A stretch of 64,000 nt of DNA. Origin: Candidatus Hecatella orcuttiae. GTDB lineage: Archaea; Thermoproteota; Bathyarchaeia; Hecatellales; Hecatellaceae. The notes under the pieces are model-generated. The model was not told the DNA's origin and ran no database searches. It was given only the letters and a program-made list of their open reading frames with translations. The DNA lies in NCBI GenBank assembly GCA_002011035.2, contig MTLY02000003.1:352001-416000 (forward strand), read 5' to 3'. The position numbers were made by a program, and so were the translations under genes. Positions 60,841 through 64,000 of this stretch are shown piece after piece (positions within the stretch are counted from its first letter, which is position 1; each line of letters opens with the position of its first letter).

Positions 60841-60993
60841 TCGGCGCCCCCCCTGCCTACACCATGGCCTGAATATCCCTTCTACATACCCATTGGTGTA
60901 GTCCTCTCTCTGATAGCATTCGTCGTAGTCTCCTTGATAACTCGTCCAATACCAGAAGAAAGGCTGCAGAGATTTTTCCCGACCAAAAAGTAG
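60841..60993 (+). pseudogene. C-terminal remnant of a sodium:solute symporter-like membrane protein
   Basis: YIPIGVVLSLIAFVVVSLITRPIPEERLQRFF*; no upstream coding body (AOR lies there, divergent). Confidence 0.55.
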
Positions 60994-61274
60994 AAAATGA
61001 AAAGACTTTCCAACCCCCTCAAGAAAGTATACGTATGGCTGAGAATGATTGGTTCGACGAAAGAAAGAATCCCCTCAGCAACTTCGCCAGAGAAAAACAG
61101 CTACTCTAAATTTACCACGGACTACGGGGCTATGCAGGGTTTTTAAGAAACCTGTCAAGATTCCGAATGGCATCGGTGAAATCGATGAAGAATTATGTTA
61201 AATATGGGTAAGGCTGATAAACGCTTGATGAAGGTGTTTTATTAATTCAAAGCAGACTAATCTTAAGAATACGA

Positions 61275-62450
61275 TTATATTTTTGACAACTCTTTTTCTC
61301 TCAGGATTAGTACGGCTCCAGTGAACTGGTTGTCTTGATTTTCGATGGGGGTAGTGTAAATGAACGTTCTCAGAGGGCTTCCTCCTTTCTTCAGGAACTC
61401 AAATTCATGAACTTCATCGAACCTATGTTTCCGCCTGTTTTTTATGCTATGGAGAATTTTTCCCCATCTCTGACTGCAGAACTCCTCAAGATTCTTGCCC
61501 ACCATCTCCTTTGATGTGTATCCGAGCATCTCAGCAGTCCTTGGGCTGACATATGTAGTGTTGAACTCTGCGTCTACAAGCCATAAGCCTGTCTCTCCTT
61601 TCATGGCTGACGTCCTCTTTGGGGGAAGTTTTGTTTTTAACAGGGTATCCACAAGTTTAAAGGGGTCCGCTGAGCTCCACATTTCCTCGAAGAATCTTTG
61701 GTATAGCCTTGTCCAACCTTTGCTGTTCAGCCATATATCTCTACAGCAAGAGTTCGATGGCCATCTTTCCATGTCTATTGCTATTCCGACAATGGTCCAT
61801 TTATCATCAATAATCATCGTGTGAAAGGGGATTCTGGAAATTTGTCTTAACTCTGCAAACTTATTGCAGATTTCAACCTCGCGGATGATTGTCTCGTCAA
61901 CCTCCGTAAGTATCCTCACCGGCATCCTGTGAGAGCATTTTCTTAATATGTCAACGAGACCATGATACTCCGCCAGATAAAGACCTGCCCCTGGCACCAT
62001 GTAGTCTATTTTGTTTTCCGCCGATTTACATAATGCGATCTTTTTACTATAGACTTGTTTCATTCCAGTCAAAATTTGTATGCCTTCTCTTTCTTCTCTC
62101 TCTTCTTCTTTCTCCTCACTTACTGCTTTCAGAGCGTCGACGAGCCTAGCTTTGTTAGATGCTATTCTGTTCACTCTTTCTCTTTCAGCCGCTAATAACC
62201 AATCTACAAGCATCTCAGGTTTAACGGCTTTAAATTTTTTAGGCCGTTCCAATAAAGACTGGATAAGTTCCCGTCCTTCAAGCTTCTTAAGTATGCGGTA
62301 GACTTCAGGCCGAGGGATTCCTGCCCGACGGGCTAACTGGTTTGCGGTTAGGTCTGAGCTATATTTTATTAGTGTAACCAGTACTTTAATGTCGTTTCCA
62401 GATAAGCCGAACTCGCTTAGGTTCTGTACAATTTCTTGTTCTTTACTCAA
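61275..62450 (-). CDS. TrmB-family regulator with C-terminal PAS domain
   Basis: FGLS, GIPRPEVYRILKKLE, RPKKFKAV; PAS: TYVSPRTAEMLGYTSKEMVGK...KKGGS. Confidence 0.85.
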   Translation of the reverse strand: MSKEQEIVQNLSEFGLSGNDIKVLVTLIKYSSDLTANQLARRAGIPRPEVYRILKKLEGRELIQSLLERPKKFKAVKPEMLVDWLLAAERERVNRIASNKARLVDALKAVSEEKEEEREEREGIQILTGMKQVYSKKIALCKSAENKIDYMVPGAGLYLAEYHGLVDILRKCSHRMPVRILTEVDETIIREVEICNKFAELRQISRIPFHTMIIDDKWTIVGIAIDMERWPSNSCCRDIWLNSKGWTRLYQRFFEEMWSSADPFKLVDTLLKTKLPPKRTSAMKGETGLWLVDAEFNTTYVSPRTAEMLGYTSKEMVGKNLEEFCSQRWGKILHSIKNRRKHRFDEVHEFEFLKKGGSPLRTFIYTTPIENQDNQFTGAVLILREKELSKI

Positions 62451-62462
62451 AATAATGTCCTT

Positions 62463-62499
62463 AACATTGTTATCGATGTTGTAACTTAAAAAGGTTACA
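62463..62499. promoter_or_regulatory. Two adjacent palindromes in the divergent TrmB/HxlR promoter
   Basis: AACAT-TGTTATCG-ATGTT, and TGTAAC-TTAAAAAG-GTTACA around a TATA-like box. Confidence 0.5.
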
Positions 62500-62506
62500 C
62501 TACTTT

Positions 62507-62821
62507 ATGACAGATGACCGATTTAATACCCTTAATAAGAGAATGTTGGATTTGAAGATCGAGAAAATCGGAAAAACCACAACCGTAGCTGTGCTAATTT
62601 TGATATTCCAAGCCGGCTCCGTGAGGCATAGGGACATAGCTAAACATGTTCCAAGCAGAGGGGCTTTATCTTCAGCTCTGAACTCTCTGCTGGAAGAAAA
62701 ACTCGTAACACGTCAAGTGAACACCGAATCCATGCCAGCTCAAACCTACTACACCATAACCGAGAAAGGCAGGGAAGTGGCGAGAAGATTTGATGAAATC
62801 ATAGATATCTTAAAAGGCTGA
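62507..62821 (+). CDS. HxlR-type winged-helix regulator
   Basis: LSSALNSLLEEKLVTRQV..MPAQTYYTITEKG. Confidence 0.8.
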   Translation: MTDDRFNTLNKRMLDLKIEKIGKTTTVAVLILIFQAGSVRHRDIAKHVPSRGALSSALNSLLEEKLVTRQVNTESMPAQTYYTITEKGREVARRFDEIIDILKG

Positions 62822-62906
62822 AAAACATTCCCTTTCTTGTAACTATGATATCTGACAAACACAAGTTTTTGAGTATCCGACAATCATTAGATTATAGGTC
62901 TTAGAA

Positions 62907-63443
62907 ATGAATAAAACCTCCATTATTCACAATATTCAAAGTAACGAGCAAATGAAGATGAAAAATTTAAGATACGAACAGGAGATCATCGAGTTTTTCT
63001 CACTTTTTAGAGAGAATAAAGCGATCAGCATACCTCTTGAGGCCTTCATGGATTTCAAGAAGGCTTTAAAGGACTGTTTTGGCTCCGGGGGAGTTGTAAT
63101 CTTAAGTGAGATGGGAAAAGGCCATGGCATATATTCAACCAAGCGTTTACTGGATGAACATCCTAATAGACCCAGCTTGCTAGAAGTCATAACCAGCTAC
63201 AAGCAAAAGGAGGGATGGGGGAACATGGAATTTAGAATGAAACCTTCCGAAGCGGAAGTTATTATAACTAAAAGCTTCGAGGCGGAGTATCATGAGAGGT
63301 CCAAAGAACCTGTTTGCCACTTCTTGAGAGGCTACCTAGAAGGGGTCATAAGCCAAATCGTCGGCAAAGAGATAAAAGTTTCGGAAATCCGCTGCAAAGC
63401 AACAGGGAACGAGACCTGCGTTTTCAAAATACAACCGCCATAG
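62907..63443 (+). CDS. V4R-domain protein
   Basis: GWG, SFEA, PVCHFLRGYLEG, EIRCKATGNETCVF. Confidence 0.88.
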   Translation: MNKTSIIHNIQSNEQMKMKNLRYEQEIIEFFSLFRENKAISIPLEAFMDFKKALKDCFGSGGVVILSEMGKGHGIYSTKRLLDEHPNRPSLLEVITSYKQKEGWGNMEFRMKPSEAEVIITKSFEAEYHERSKEPVCHFLRGYLEGVISQIVGKEIKVSEIRCKATGNETCVFKIQPP

Positions 63444-63603
63444 GGCGTATTGATAGTTCTATCATCATAGTTTTAGTAGTTTCCAGCAAACATCTATGAC
63501 CTGTTAATCTAAGCCCAACAGCATTTAAAAGAGAAAATTATAAAGAATTTAATCTCCAGCCAGCACCCATAAGTAAAATGGGTGAGGAACCGAACCTGAA
63601 GTT

Positions 63604-63704
63604 TGGAGCCCCGGGCGGGGTTTGAACCCGCGACCTTAGCCTTACCAAGGCCACGCGCCACCAGGCTGCGCCTACCCGCCCTTGCTTCGTAAGGGAACCG
63701 GGGC
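63604..63704 (-). tRNA. tRNA-Thr(GGT) with 24-nt non-canonical intron at 8/9 (63673-63696), encoded CCA
   Basis: Acceptor GCCCCGG/CCGGGGC; D-stem GCGC/GCGC; TGGCC-TTGGTAA-GGCTA; T-arm GCGGG-TTCAAAC-CCCGC; BHB around insert. Confidence 0.9.
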
Positions 63705-63794
63705 ATCTGCTCCGGGGCTTCAGGCTACGCTTTAAGTGTAGGATAAAATGAATATAAGAATTAAGTTCAACTCCCCAGGGGGATGGGTTCTCGG

Positions 63795-63998
63795 CTAGGC
63801 TAGGTGGACGGATATGTAGTGAAGCTCCACCACGCCTCCCTCCGATATCAGGATGCCGAAGTTCACCGTGGAGTCTTCAACCCACATCAGCACCTTATTC
63901 GCATCCCAGCCCCACTGCTGTATGAAGGATAAGATCATCCCCCTAGTTAGGCTCCATTGGTCTGAGGAGAGGTAGGAGGTTTCCCCTTCATGGAAGGT
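63795..63998 (-). CDS. C-terminal end of a protein entering from beyond the window
   Basis: Open frame ...TFHEGETSYLSSDQWSLTRG...VELHYISVHLA*. Confidence 0.5.
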   Translation of the reverse strand, partial: TFHEGETSYLSSDQWSLTRGMILSFIQQWGWDANKVLMWVEDSTVNFGILISEGGVVELHYISVHLA

Positions 63999-64000
63999 GA

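Larger units (their letters stand above)
48013..63603. mobile_element. Putative genomic island between 3' ends of convergent tRNA-Gly and tRNA-Thr
   Basis: Abrupt shift to AT-richer sequence after tRNA-Gly; accessory genes and gene remnants; no intact integrase or att duplication seen. Confidence 0.55.

Noticed and set aside
48013-63603. Intact provirus or integrative element with attL/attR
   Set aside because: No duplicated tRNA 3' end, intact integrase, or replication/structural genes found by eye
63509-63706. 65-aa ORF
   Set aside because: Overlaps the tRNA-Thr gene

Overview
Archaeal chromosome segment. The gene content (cdhAB, class II HMG-CoA reductase, CFI-box-CTERM proteins, HTH/ATP-cone NrdD N-terminus, TFE-beta, intron-containing tRNAs) suggests a TACK lineage, most plausibly Bathyarchaeia; this is inference. 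Layout: 1-11.3 kb cell-surface cluster (two CFI-box-CTERM proteins, subtilase, membrane-spanning wHTH regulator, tRNA-Pro); 11.4-15 kb AT-rich decaying surface-modification patch; 15-48 kb GC-rich core (metG, cdhAB, SOR/DPS/VIT1, larE, pyrBI, RFC, dcd, pus10-rpl21e-rpo4-DUF655-rsmA, trm1, rlmE, hsp20, rnp4-rps19e-rpl39e-rpl31e, nep1, acs); 48.0-63.6 kb a visibly AT-richer island between convergent tRNA-Gly(GCC) and tRNA-Thr(GGT). The island is the main finding. It carries a PotABCD-type ABC importer, a pyrrolysine-free MtmB homologue, a HemL-like class III aminotransferase, an MtbB with an in-frame amber codon at the canonical pyrrolysine position 356, a corrinoid protein, AOR plus an Fe-S subunit, and three regulators. 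Together these suggest a methylated (poly)amine catabolic module. Also notable: a perfect-BHB intron at tRNA-Thr position 8/9, and three genes whose conserved N-termini seem to need non-canonical starts or a frameshift. No pylT/pylSBCD, mcr or CRISPR array was seen. All calls are by eye; no database searches were run.
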